DNA from: a virus
Direction: 5' to 3' (one strand)
IMG/VR virus record: IMGVR_UViG_3300025098_000019
Coordinates: 1 to 64,000 of that record
DNA: 64,000 nt
The notes under the pieces were generated by a model that was not told the DNA's origin, made no database searches, and was given only the letters and a program-made list of their open reading frames with translations. Both the position numbers and the translations under genes were made by a program. This document shows positions 49,398-59,029 of this stretch, one piece after another (the stretch's first letter is position 1; each line of letters opens with the position of its first letter).

Positions 49398-52300
49398 TAC
49401 TGCGGGCCTCCTGTATTTGGATCTGATTCTTCAGGTGTTGTTGGTAGTGTAGTAGTAGGTTGATATGTTGCATTATAATTTTGATATGCTGCTAATACCT
49501 TGCTTCCAGTGTTATAACTATATAAGTTATCATTCACGTCTGTAGGCAAGTACTGGCGCAATACATCTCCAAATCCGCCTTGTATTTGATTGCTTACTTG
49601 TAGTCGTTGTGTTACTGGCTGTGTCCCTGACACAGTTGGTTGACTTTCAACTGTTTGTTGTGCAGCAGTTTTTACTGTGCCATCTGCATTGTGTGTTTGG
49701 CCATATTTTGCGTTCCATGCTGCCAGTGCTTTACCTTCCAAACCCAAACTAATTCTAGGTGCAACAGGTTGTAATGTTGGAACTTTAGCACTTGTTGATC
49801 CAATCTGTTCACGTCCTCTTGGGTCGTTATCATCTAATTGGGTACTTGCATTATCACTTGTTTGTGCTTGTGGTGGACTTCCATCCTCTGGTAAAGGCGG
49901 TTCTTGATCAGGTGCTTTAGGTATTAATCCGTTGCGCGGCCAGTCTAGCGTTCCTCCTTCAAAAGATGCTGCTGAGAAGTGCATAGCATCAACAGAACTT
50001 TTCCAGTTGCCTCCCCATCCAAGTCCGTGTTTCTTAGCAAGTGCTAACATTTCATTTCCGGTTCCGTCTTCAGGCATGTCTGTAGGTTCGCCGCTCGGAA
50101 GTGGTTGCGGCCTTGGTCTTTTATAAGCATTTTCTGCGGAATTAATATCTATTGCTAGACCACTAGCATGATAACTTGGTTTACTTGACCCGATTGACGT
50201 GCGGTTTACATAGCCGCCTAATGTTCTAATTTCATAACCGTAAAAATCTTCAAGTTCGTCTATAAGAGCTTGAAACTGTTCTCCTACAATTTTTGCAACT
50301 TGTGTTGTTTTTCCAGACTTAGTTGTAATAGTAACAAGTTCTCCATTTTTCTCCGACTGTAAAGGTCTAGCAATTCTTCTTGATGAATTAGGCGCAACTC
50401 TTTCTGTTGGATCTTGACCAATCCTTTCTGCTAAAGGTCTTTCATTAGGGTTTAATGATTTAGATTGTGGATTTTCTACTAATGTCTTAGCTGTACTGAT
50501 ACCTTCGGTACTTTGATTCTTTCTACGAAGTAAGTTTAACTTTTGTGTAAATTTATTACCTGATATACTTGTAGTTAATGTTAAAATTTTATACAATCCG
50601 CTAAAACTATCTACCGGTATAGTGTCTCCTGGAAATTCCATTATTCCTGAATTCATACTATAGTCTATTGGGGTCCTAAAGTTAACTAAAATATCTACTT
50701 CGCTTCTTTGATGATCAATACTACCGTCTGCTGTAATATTAATACTAGGTCCTTGTGCTGCTGTGTAGTTTCCTACACCGCTATCAGGTATATAAAAAGG
50801 GTCTCCCCAAATTTCCAGTTCAGCAGTAATTAAATCTGCGTCACTATTTAAAAGTGTATTATGTAGTTGTCTAGCTAAGTTAGTTGCTGCTGTGGCATTA
50901 AAGTTATTGCTTGTAAATCCAACTTGGTTTACAGCTTGTGTTGTTCCTTCAGGTAACGATCCGCCTGAAGTATCAGGTGTTAACGTAGGTTCAGGTCCTT
51001 CAGCAGTTGATTTGTCTCTACTACCATTTATTTGCGCACTGCTTAGTTGTCCTAAGTCTGCTCTCATAGCTTCAAAGAACGCTGCATTAAATTTAATTTC
51101 AAAACCTAATACGTCAGTGTTCATTCCGCTATAGATATAATTGTATGACTTAGGTGCTTGTTTTGCTAATGCAACATTGCCTTTTGTTGTTTTGTTAGGT
51201 GAACTAAATTGTGATACATTAACATCATACCTAACTACATCATATACAAAGATTCTTGCACTCTTACCTGTAATATTCTCAAAATCCGGATCGTCGATCA
51301 TATACACTTTTGGTTCAACCTTAAACCAAGGTATATTTCCTTCTTCGTTTACTAAATCTAATGCTGATTTTCCGTATGTACTAACTAACACAATTTCTTC
51401 AATAATCTTAGTTATCGGAGTGCCTTGACTAAATTTAAAAGTTCTATTACTGTCACTGATTGTTAATTCAATACCATCTCTTTCATAAAGTTTTTTATCT
51501 TCATTCCAAGTGTATAAGCCTAAACCAAATGGCGAATCGCCGCTTGAATTTGTTCTATCTAACATTGGAGCTGCGCCAATTGGGTTAAGATCACTAACAG
51601 CACTACCTCGTAACACTCCTAATAAACTACTTGAATTTGTATCTAGTCCAATATTTGCAAAATAGTCTGTAATATTTCGTGCTGCGGCATCACTAATATC
51701 TGTACCAAGACGTGAAGCAACAGATTCACGATCAGTAACTGTTGCTGAATTATCGGCTGCTGTTTTTGAATCACCTAACGTAGGATTTCCTGCATCTCTA
51801 GAAGTTGGAAATCTAATAAGATAAAAGTCGCTTGTCGGCATGCCTGCACTTTGTGCAACTTCTTGTAATTTAGCATTCATTGATGTTGTAAGACTTTGCT
51901 CGCCCGCACACAAACATTCAAAAACATTTGAACCTGTAATTTCAATAGTATCCTGTATGTTCATTATTTCGTTCATTAATGCAGATTCGTTCCAAGGTAT
52001 ACAATTAACAGTATATGTTGAGCCGCCTTTTTCAACATCAAACTCTACTGACATTAATTTAAAAGGAATTTTTCTATTTGAATACTTAATAGGTTCTGCT
52101 ATACCGTTATCGTTCCATCCTACGAAATCTAGTTCGAGCAAATAAGGTGCTTGCAGGTAATTTTGAAACCCTCCACTAAATGCTGCTGCTTGTAACGACT
52201 GTAGAAATAATCCCATTGAATACGGTTCTTGCACTTGAAAAGAAAATTGCATAGACTGTGCTACACCTGCTTGTTTAGATGGAGCAATAACTGATTCAAG

Positions 52301-53068
52301 TTCAAAGTTATCAATAAAGTATTCTAAATTTCCAGGTTCAAGTCCTAAAGCATCATACGCTGTTTGTATTCTCTTATCATCAATTCCGCCACCGCCTGAT
52401 CTAAGTATAGTAAAATCGGCTCCGTTTTGTCTATACGAGTCTTGTGGGTTATTAATACTATTTGTCGAAAGTACACCTAGTGTAAAAATACAATTATAAG
52501 AGTGGTATGCTTCTAGCTGATTTTTTAAAACTGCACCAGGTCCTGGAGGATATGTTTCTGCTGTAGATGTTGATCCAATTTGAGAAGTTGATTGTAATGC
52601 AGTCTCGAGTATTGTTTCAAGATCTATTATTGGTGTTGTTAATGATCCTATTTGTCCATAAACATCTTCTAGTGCTGCGGTTGCTGAATTTGCAAGTCCG
52701 GTCAACGATGAAACAGATCCAGGAAGAATATTAGTAACATAATCTTGTATTGCTGATCCAGTAGATGCTCCAAATCCGTTAGCAAACTTGTTTAATGACG
52801 GAGGAAATATATCTTTAAATTCGCCTGTTGGTGCAGCAAATTTAGACATTAATCCTTGAGGACCTTTAGCTATTAATTTTCCTACAGTGTCAACATTAGC
52901 AAATTGATTATCTAGTACCTTTACCTGACTTGAAAAACTAGATGCTGTTGCACTTAACCCATTTTTCAAAGGACTAAAATCAGGAGTCTGAATATTTCCA
53001 AACGATCCATCTGCTGCTTTGGCTAGAGCGGCTGTCTTGTTTTGTATTATCTTACTAGGATCTATCAT
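49397..53068 (-). CDS. Baseplate hub protein (gp27-like) with an inserted M15-family peptidase domain
   Basis: F.V.EPYS, PYLLELDFVG, LEIWGDP, SGLYKI..L...ISG.KFTQ.L hub motifs; GGYVNR...SYHASGLAIDIN...GWGGNW...DAMHF (M15 zinc motif). Confidence 0.8.
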   Translation of the reverse strand: MIDPSKIIQNKTAALAKAADGSFGNIQTPDFSPLKNGLSATASSFSSQVKVLDNQFANVDTVGKLIAKGPQGLMSKFAAPTGEFKDIFPPSLNKFANGFGASTGSAIQDYVTNILPGSVSSLTGLANSATAALEDVYGQIGSLTTPIIDLETILETALQSTSQIGSTSTAETYPPGPGAVLKNQLEAYHSYNCIFTLGVLSTNSINNPQDSYRQNGADFTILRSGGGGIDDKRIQTAYDALGLEPGNLEYFIDNFELESVIAPSKQAGVAQSMQFSFQVQEPYSMGLFLQSLQAAAFSGGFQNYLQAPYLLELDFVGWNDNGIAEPIKYSNRKIPFKLMSVEFDVEKGGSTYTVNCIPWNESALMNEIMNIQDTIEITGSNVFECLCAGEQSLTTSMNAKLQEVAQSAGMPTSDFYLIRFPTSRDAGNPTLGDSKTAADNSATVTDRESVASRLGTDISDAAARNITDYFANIGLDTNSSSLLGVLRGSAVSDLNPIGAAPMLDRTNSSGDSPFGLGLYTWNEDKKLYERDGIELTISDSNRTFKFSQGTPITKIIEEIVLVSTYGKSALDLVNEEGNIPWFKVEPKVYMIDDPDFENITGKSARIFVYDVVRYDVNVSQFSSPNKTTKGNVALAKQAPKSYNYIYSGMNTDVLGFEIKFNAAFFEAMRADLGQLSSAQINGSRDKSTAEGPEPTLTPDTSGGSLPEGTTQAVNQVGFTSNNFNATAATNLARQLHNTLLNSDADLITAELEIWGDPFYIPDSGVGNYTAAQGPSINITADGSIDHQRSEVDILVNFRTPIDYSMNSGIMEFPGDTIPVDSFSGLYKILTLTTSISGNKFTQKLNLLRRKNQSTEGISTAKTLVENPQSKSLNPNERPLAERIGQDPTERVAPNSSRRIARPLQSEKNGELVTITTKSGKTTQVAKIVGEQFQALIDELEDFYGYEIRTLGGYVNRTSIGSSKPSYHASGLAIDINSAENAYKRPRPQPLPSGEPTDMPEDGTGNEMLALAKKHGLGWGGNWKSSVDAMHFSAASFEGGTLDWPRNGLIPKAPDQEPPLPEDGSPPQAQTSDNASTQLDDNDPRGREQIGSTSAKVPTLQPVAPRISLGLEGKALAAWNAKYGQTHNADGTVKTAAQQTVESQPTVSGTQPVTQRLQVSNQIQGGFGDVLRQYLPTDVNDNLYSYNTGSKVLAAYQNYNATYQPTTTLPTTPEESDPNTGGPQ

Positions 53069-53071
53069 ATA

Positions 53072-53374
53072 TTAAACGCCTAAAACTTTTTTTAATTTAT
53101 CTGGTGAAGGTAGATATATTTCTGTTCCTGCTATAAAATCAAAAACAGGATCTTTTATAGTATTCATATTTCGTTGTGCAAATACCCACCATAATTTAGG
53201 AGTACCATAATAATCGTAAGATAGTAAATCAGGACGATATGTATATTGAGGTTCAATAGTATAAACGCTATCGTCAGCACTTTCTGGAACAGGACGTATT
53301 CTCAAAATATCAAGTGCGCCTTGAGCAGTGTATCCTGTATTATTCCAAGGACTTGTTGTAGTATATGATGCCAT
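53072..53374 (-). CDS. gp53: Baseplate wedge protein gp53-like (LysM-like)
   Basis: YRPDLLSYDYYGTPKLWWVF...G..IYLP. Confidence 0.85.
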   Translation of the reverse strand: MASYTTTSPWNNTGYTAQGALDILRIRPVPESADDSVYTIEPQYTYRPDLLSYDYYGTPKLWWVFAQRNMNTIKDPVFDFIAGTEIYLPSPDKLKKVLGV

Positions 53375-54267
53375 TAAATAAACCCTTGTCCGCTATTAAT
53401 ATAATTTCCATTTACAAAACTGTTTAAATTAAATTCTGATACTCGTCTTCGTGAATAAGTAGGTTTCAGCGTTACTGAAATTTGACTCGACGTAGGCACC
53501 CATGTTGTACCAGCATTACTATTTTCGTCTCCTTGAACAACAGGAGTAAGTAAAGGAGTTGCAATGTAATCTACGTCAGCTGGTAAATCAACTGTAAAGT
53601 TTGCTACTACGCAAGGTACTTTGTTAAACACATAATCACCGTATCCGCTTAATTTTACTAGTGGAGGCGGAGCACCTGAGTTATCACCTTGTCCATAAAA
53701 CATTTTAGTAACACTTCTTAAGTAATGTACACATGCAACCCAATACTGGCCTTCTTCAGCAGTTTCAATATTAAATTCGCCTGTAATTACTATATCATCC
53801 GATACACTGTTATCATATATTTGGAATGGATAATTTGTATGTACTGGTTGTAAACTATTATAATTAGCACTATGGCTAACAATAATTGTTGGTGTGTAAG
53901 GAAAACAAAATCCGCCTGTTTTTGTCAAAGGTGCAATAAGTCCTGCACCTGATAGTGATGGCGGAATACTAAGTTTTACCCTCCAATCAGTATCTTTAGT
54001 TGCTTTACTAAATGATGCTGATGCTTCGCTTTTAACTTGGCCAGTATCTGGCTTAGGTAAATTTGCTCCTCTTGACTCTTTTGCAAAACCAAAGGAACTA
54101 AACAATTCGTTTGCAACGTCATTGATTGCAGAGTCAATAGCACCTATGCCCGTTTTTAAGTTATTACCTACAAAATTCTTCACAGATGCTTCTGCTTCAT
54201 TTGCAAAGTTACCAGCTGTATTTTTTATAATATTTCTACCGATGGATTTTGGGTCAAAAAGTGCCAT
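53374..54267 (-). CDS. Tail tube initiator / baseplate junction protein (gp48/gp54-like)
   Basis: FPYTP.I...HSANY, YLRSVTKM, PPPLVKLSGYG..VF..VPCVV..F. The AGGAGA RBS spacing favours the ATG at 54267. Confidence 0.7.
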   Translation of the reverse strand: MALFDPKSIGRNIIKNTAGNFANEAEASVKNFVGNNLKTGIGAIDSAINDVANELFSSFGFAKESRGANLPKPDTGQVKSEASASFSKATKDTDWRVKLSIPPSLSGAGLIAPLTKTGGFCFPYTPTIIVSHSANYNSLQPVHTNYPFQIYDNSVSDDIVITGEFNIETAEEGQYWVACVHYLRSVTKMFYGQGDNSGAPPPLVKLSGYGDYVFNKVPCVVANFTVDLPADVDYIATPLLTPVVQGDENSNAGTTWVPTSSQISVTLKPTYSRRRVSEFNLNSFVNGNYINSGQGFI

Positions 54268-54288
54268 AATCATATCTCCTATTATACT

Positions 54289-54295
54289 TATTTAG
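54289..54295 (-). promoter_or_regulatory. T4-type late promoter variant (CTAAATA) for the baseplate operon
   Basis: TAAATA core upstream of the AGGAGA RBS; directly abuts the gp55 -35 box. Confidence 0.55.
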
Positions 54296-54324
54296 TTGAC
54301 ATAATTAAGTATGTAGTTTATAAT
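54296..54324 (+). promoter_or_regulatory. Consensus sigma70 promoter TTGACA-N17-TATAAT for gp55
   Basis: TTGACA 54296-54301, TATAAT 54319-54324. Confidence 0.85.
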
Positions 54325-54351
54325 ATGTTTATACTAACTGGAGATATTCAA

Positions 54352-55203
54352 TTGAGAAAACGAAATTACCTAAATAACAAAGATATTCTATCTGAAATAC
54401 ACAAATCAAAGAGCACATACTGTAGCTTTATTGAACCTGAACATGCACAGTTTGACATCATTTTACTAGATGTTGACAAAATAAACATAAGAACTATAGC
54501 CGAAGCAAAGCGAAACAAAGCAAAACGTCTTAGTACTGCGGATTACGAAGCAAGAAGAATGGCTGGAGAAAAAGTTAAGCAAGCAGAATGCGAAGTTGAC
54601 TATAGAAAAATTACTAAAGAAGAGCTAATTTTCCGTGTTATGACGTTTGATCATATCCCAGAAGAGCCAGGAAGAAAAAAGAACCCAAAGACCATTGCTG
54701 ACACAAAAGTAAAGCTAAACTTTCCACCATTCCACCATTACAAGTTTGACGAAGACGGAGTCTTGCAATTAGTAGGAAAAAGTCACTGGGAAGGCGGCAT
54801 GCAAAACGGTGCTTTCAATCATAAACACGGAAAAGCAACAAATACACTTGCTACTATGTGGTTAAAGTTAGTTGACAGATATGCTACCCGAGGCAATGTA
54901 CGTGGTTACACATACAATGACGAAATGAAAGGTCAAGCAATACTCCAGTTAGCACAGATTGGCTTACAGTTTGACGAATCAAAGTCAAACAATCCATTTG
55001 CATATTACACAGCAGCCGTTACTAACAGTTTTGTACGTGTTATTAACATTGAAAAACGTAATCAAAACATTAGAGACGACATTCTTGAGATGAACGATCT
55101 TAATCCTAGTTACACTCGACAACACCAAGGTGAATGGGAAGCTTCTGTTAAAAGAAACGAAGAAGCAGGATTTTCTATACACAAAGACACAAAAACCGGT
55201 TGA
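54352..55203 (+). CDS. gp55: Late-transcription sigma factor (T4 gp55-like)
   Basis: NYLNNKD.L, N.RGYTYNDEM, FDESKS.NPFAYYT...NSF.R.I..EK; synteny with gp47/gp46. TTG start after GGAGA. Confidence 0.88.
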   Translation: MRKRNYLNNKDILSEIHKSKSTYCSFIEPEHAQFDIILLDVDKINIRTIAEAKRNKAKRLSTADYEARRMAGEKVKQAECEVDYRKITKEELIFRVMTFDHIPEEPGRKKNPKTIADTKVKLNFPPFHHYKFDEDGVLQLVGKSHWEGGMQNGAFNHKHGKATNTLATMWLKLVDRYATRGNVRGYTYNDEMKGQAILQLAQIGLQFDESKSNNPFAYYTAAVTNSFVRVINIEKRNQNIRDDILEMNDLNPSYTRQHQGEWEASVKRNEEAGFSIHKDTKTG

Positions 55204-55228
55204 CTTTTATAGTATTTGACCTTATAAT
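55200..55228 (+). promoter_or_regulatory. Sigma70 promoter TTGACT-N17-TATAAT for the gp47-gp46-hemE-hemC operon
   Basis: TTGACT 55200-55205, TATAAT 55223-55228, followed by a GAGG RBS. Confidence 0.8.
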
Positions 55229-55256
55229 TAATAAGAGTGAATAGAGGAATCTAAAT

Positions 55257-56276
55257 TTGTTTAAGAAAGCAGCAGTTTTTACTGACATACATTTTGGCCT
55301 AAAAGGCAACAGTCGCATACATAATGATGATTGCGAAGAATTTGTAGATTGGTATATCGAAAAAGCCAAAGAACACGGATGCGAAACAGGAATATTCTGT
55401 GGCGACTGGCACCATAACAGAAACAGCCTTAACCTTACAACTATGGATGCAACTATTCGTAGTTTAGAAAAACTTGGTAAGGCATTTGATAAATTTTATA
55501 TGTTTGTGGGTAATCACGACTTGTACTATAAAGACAAGCGCAATGTTAGTTCAACTATATTTGGAAAACACATTGAAGGTATTACATTTATAGATGAAAT
55601 TTATCAAGAAGATGATGTGGCTCTTGTACCGTGGCTAGTAGGCGACGAGTGGAAGAAGATTGAAAAAATTAAGTCCAAGTATATGTTTGGGCATTTTGAA
55701 TTACCAAGTTTTTATATGAATGCTTTGGTTAGAATGCCTGATCACGGTGACTTACGCCCTCAACACTTTAAACATCAAGAGTACGTGTTTAGTGGACATT
55801 TCCACAAACGTCAAGTACAAGGTAAAATACATTATATCGGAAATGCTTTTCCTCACAACTATGCAGATGTAGGTGATGACGAACGTGGCATGATGATCCT
55901 CGATCGTGAGAATAATAAAGAGCCTGAATACATTAATTGGTGGAACTGTCCTAAGTATAGAACAATTAAACTTTCAAAATTAATTGACGATGCAGATGCT
56001 TTTATTAAACCTAAAATGTATCTAAGAGTTGAACTAGACTTACCTATTAGTTATGAAGAATCTAGTTTCATTAAAGAGACATTTATTAAACAATATAACT
56101 GTCGTGAAATTACACTAATTCCACAAAAACAAATTGAAGAAATTACTACTGATTTAGATATTAGTACGTTTGAATCAGTTGACCAAATTGTAGCAAGTGA
56201 AATAACAGAACTTGATACAGAAAATTACGATAAATCGATGTTACTAGACATCTATCATGGATTAGAGAGTTATTAA
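55257..56276 (+). CDS. gp47: Recombination endonuclease subunit (Mre11/SbcD-like)
   Basis: Metallophosphoesterase motifs DIHFG, GDWHH, GNHD, GHFE, SGHFH. Confidence 0.93.
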   Translation: MFKKAAVFTDIHFGLKGNSRIHNDDCEEFVDWYIEKAKEHGCETGIFCGDWHHNRNSLNLTTMDATIRSLEKLGKAFDKFYMFVGNHDLYYKDKRNVSSTIFGKHIEGITFIDEIYQEDDVALVPWLVGDEWKKIEKIKSKYMFGHFELPSFYMNALVRMPDHGDLRPQHFKHQEYVFSGHFHKRQVQGKIHYIGNAFPHNYADVGDDERGMMILDRENNKEPEYINWWNCPKYRTIKLSKLIDDADAFIKPKMYLRVELDLPISYEESSFIKETFIKQYNCREITLIPQKQIEEITTDLDISTFESVDQIVASEITELDTENYDKSMLLDIYHGLESY

Positions 56277-58049
56277 ATGATTCGCATTAAAGACCTAACT
56301 GTTAAAAACTTTATGAGTGTGGGTAATCAAACACAGGCTGTAGATTTTAACAAAGACAACTTAACGTTAGTACTTGGTGAAAATTTAGATCAAGGTGGGG
56401 ACGACAGTGGCTCACGTAATGGTACTGGTAAAACTACAATCATTAATGCACTAAGTTATGCATTATACGGTACTGCACTTACTAATATCAAACGAAACAA
56501 CTTGATTAATAAAACTAACAGCAAAGGAATGTTAGTTACACTACACTTTGAAAAGAACAACGTAGACTACAGGATTGAGCGAGGACGCTCTCCTAATATT
56601 TTAAAGTTTTATGTGAACAATCAAGAGCAAGAACAAATTGACGAAAGTCAAGGTGATAGCCGTAAGACACAAGAAGAAATTGATTCCTTGTTAGGAATGT
56701 CGCACACAATGTTTAAAAATATTGTTGCACTAAACACATATTCAGAACCGTTTCTTGCAATGCGTACAAATGATCAACGTGCTATTATTGAACAACTATT
56801 AGGTATTACATTATTGTCTGAAAAGGCAGAAGTACTAAAAGAAGGTACACGTAGAACTAAAGATGCAATTACCGAAGAAACTCTTAAGATTGAAGCAATA
56901 CAAACTGCTAACAGTAAGATCGAAGGCACTATTGACAATCTAAAGAAGAATCAACGTGCATGGGTCGCAAAACAACGATCTGATGTTGAAAAACTTAACA
57001 AAGCTATTGGTGAGTTAGAACAATTAGACATCGATACAGAACTTGAATTGCACGAAAAACTATCAAATTGGACTGAACATAATAATTCTATTTTGGCTCT
57101 TAAAAAGGAATTAAGCACATTAGAGCCGGCACTATTACGTGCTGACAGATCTGTTGAAAAAGCAAAAAAAGATGCCGCTGATTTAGATCAAGGCACATGT
57201 CATTCGTGTGGACAAGATCTTCCTGCTGATAAAAAAGCAGAGATAGAAAAACGCAAACAGTCGGAATTAGAAGATGCTATTTCGTATCAAACAGAGATAC
57301 AAGAAAAGGTTTCTTCTGTTGCTGAAGCACTAACAGAAATTGGTGACATTAACGGCAAACCTACAACATTTTACGATACTGCAAAAGAAGCATATGAACA
57401 TCGAAGCAACGTTGAAAATTTACGCAATGCTTTGATAAGTAAACATGAGGATACAGATCCTTATCAGAGTCAAATTGACGAATTAAACGATAGTGCAATT
57501 CAAGAAGTTAATTGGGAAAGTGTAAATCAATTAACGTCTTACAAAGAGCACCAAGATTTCTTATTGAAACTGCTTACTAACAAGGACAGTTTTATTCGTA
57601 AAAAGATTATTGATCAAAATCTTGCATATCTAAACAACAGGCTTACATACTATCTTGACAAATTAGGCTTACCACATCAAGTACTATTTCAAAATGATCT
57701 AGCTGTTGAAATTACACAGTTAGGACAGGATTTAGATTTTGATAATTTAAGTAGAGGCGAACGTAACAGATTGATTTTAGGACTATCATTTGCATTTAGA
57801 GATGTTTGGGAAAGTTTATATCAAGGTGTTAATTTACTGTTTATTGACGAATTAATTGACAGTGGTATGGATACAGCAGGTGTTGAGAATTCACTAAGTG
57901 TCCTTAAGAAGATGGCTAGGGAACGTGAAAAGAATATCTACTTAATTAGTCACAAAGACGAACTAGTTGGTAGAGTTAATAACGTATTAAAAGTAATAAA
58001 AGAAAACGGTTTCACTAGTTACGAGAACGATGTAGAAGTTGTAGAATGA
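56277..58049 (+). CDS. gp46: Recombination ATPase subunit (Rad50/SbcC-like)
   Basis: KNFMS, Walker A NGTGKT, CHSC zinc hook, LSRGE signature, LLFIDE Walker B, ISH. Confidence 0.95.
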   Translation: MIRIKDLTVKNFMSVGNQTQAVDFNKDNLTLVLGENLDQGGDDSGSRNGTGKTTIINALSYALYGTALTNIKRNNLINKTNSKGMLVTLHFEKNNVDYRIERGRSPNILKFYVNNQEQEQIDESQGDSRKTQEEIDSLLGMSHTMFKNIVALNTYSEPFLAMRTNDQRAIIEQLLGITLLSEKAEVLKEGTRRTKDAITEETLKIEAIQTANSKIEGTIDNLKKNQRAWVAKQRSDVEKLNKAIGELEQLDIDTELELHEKLSNWTEHNNSILALKKELSTLEPALLRADRSVEKAKKDAADLDQGTCHSCGQDLPADKKAEIEKRKQSELEDAISYQTEIQEKVSSVAEALTEIGDINGKPTTFYDTAKEAYEHRSNVENLRNALISKHEDTDPYQSQIDELNDSAIQEVNWESVNQLTSYKEHQDFLLKLLTNKDSFIRKKIIDQNLAYLNNRLTYYLDKLGLPHQVLFQNDLAVEITQLGQDLDFDNLSRGERNRLILGLSFAFRDVWESLYQGVNLLFIDELIDSGMDTAGVENSLSVLKKMAREREKNIYLISHKDELVGRVNNVLKVIKENGFTSYENDVEVVE

Positions 58050-59029
58050 GTAACGAAAAATTTAATAATGCATGTAATAGAATAGCACAGCCATGTCCGC
58101 CTATATGGATGATGAGACAAGCTGGACGGTATCAAAAAAGTTACATGGAACTAAAAGAAAAATACACGTTTGAACAAATGTGTAAATTGCCGCAACTTGC
58201 TATGCAAACGGCAATGCTACCGATTAACGAGTTTGACTTTGATGCCGCAATATTGTTTAGCGACATACTTTGGCATTTAGAAGGATTAGGATTTCCTGTT
58301 GAATTTGCTCCAGGTCCTAAGTTTACAGAACACTTAACTGAAGAAAACTATTCTAAGTTTACTGATGTTGACTCAGCAATGTTACACCTTGAATTTCAGA
58401 AAAAAGCAATTATTGCTACAAAAGAAAATTTGTCGCAAAAGAAAAGTTTGATTGGCTTTGTAGGTGGTCCTTGGAGTTTACTTAACTATGCGTTAGGAAC
58501 TAATAAAGTTAGTAAAGAGTTTAAAACAATGTATCTTAAAACTGTACTTGTTCCTCTAATAAAAGAAAGTATTAGAGAGCAAAAAAGAGCAGGTGCTGAT
58601 GTTGTAATGATACTCGATAGTGGACTAGACAATGTTAGTAAAAGTTATTACGACACTACATATATAGAATTTCTTAAAGAAATTGCGTTAATTGGTGATG
58701 TAGGTTATTATGTTAGAGGCATACCAGAAGGAAGTCTTTCTAAAATAAAAAAATTAGACTTCGCTGGCATTGGTATTGACAGTTCTCAAGATTTACCTAA
58801 AACATTAAAAACATATTCAAAAGGATTTGTTCAAGGAAACTTTAACGAACAATTTTTATTACTTGAAACAAGATTATTCAAATACGAATTAGATAAGTGG
58901 TTAGACACACTATCAGGTGTAGACACTACAGGATGGATATGCGGATTAGGACACGGTATTACAAAAACTACTCCAACAGATCATATTCATCATTTTGTAA
59001 AAACAGTTAGGAGTCATTTTAGTTCATGA
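58046..59029 (+). CDS. hemE: Uroporphyrinogen decarboxylase
   Basis: PIWMMRQAGRY, DAAILFSDIL, IGFVGGPWS...Y, QGN, GLGHG. Confidence 0.93.
   Translation: MSNEKFNNACNRIAQPCPPIWMMRQAGRYQKSYMELKEKYTFEQMCKLPQLAMQTAMLPINEFDFDAAILFSDILWHLEGLGFPVEFAPGPKFTEHLTEENYSKFTDVDSAMLHLEFQKKAIIATKENLSQKKSLIGFVGGPWSLLNYALGTNKVSKEFKTMYLKTVLVPLIKESIREQKRAGADVVMILDSGLDNVSKSYYDTTYIEFLKEIALIGDVGYYVRGIPEGSLSKIKKLDFAGIGIDSSQDLPKTLKTYSKGFVQGNFNEQFLLLETRLFKYELDKWLDTLSGVDTTGWICGLGHGITKTTPTDHIHHFVKTVRSHFSS

Noticed and set aside
16906-52145. Numerous 60-226-aa plus-strand ORFs opposite the structural genes (e.g. 25649..26329)
   Set aside because: Antisense shadows produced by codon bias; no motifs or RBS.
43091-54267. 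Bacterial contractile injection system / T6SS / tailocin
   Set aside because: Adjacent gp55, gp47, gp46 and T4-type late promoters show a lytic myovirus, and no host housekeeping context is present.
54325-54351. ORF-track start (ATG 54325) for gp55
   Set aside because: It lies immediately after the -10 box, upstream of the expected transcription start; TTG at 54352 follows a GGAGA RBS.
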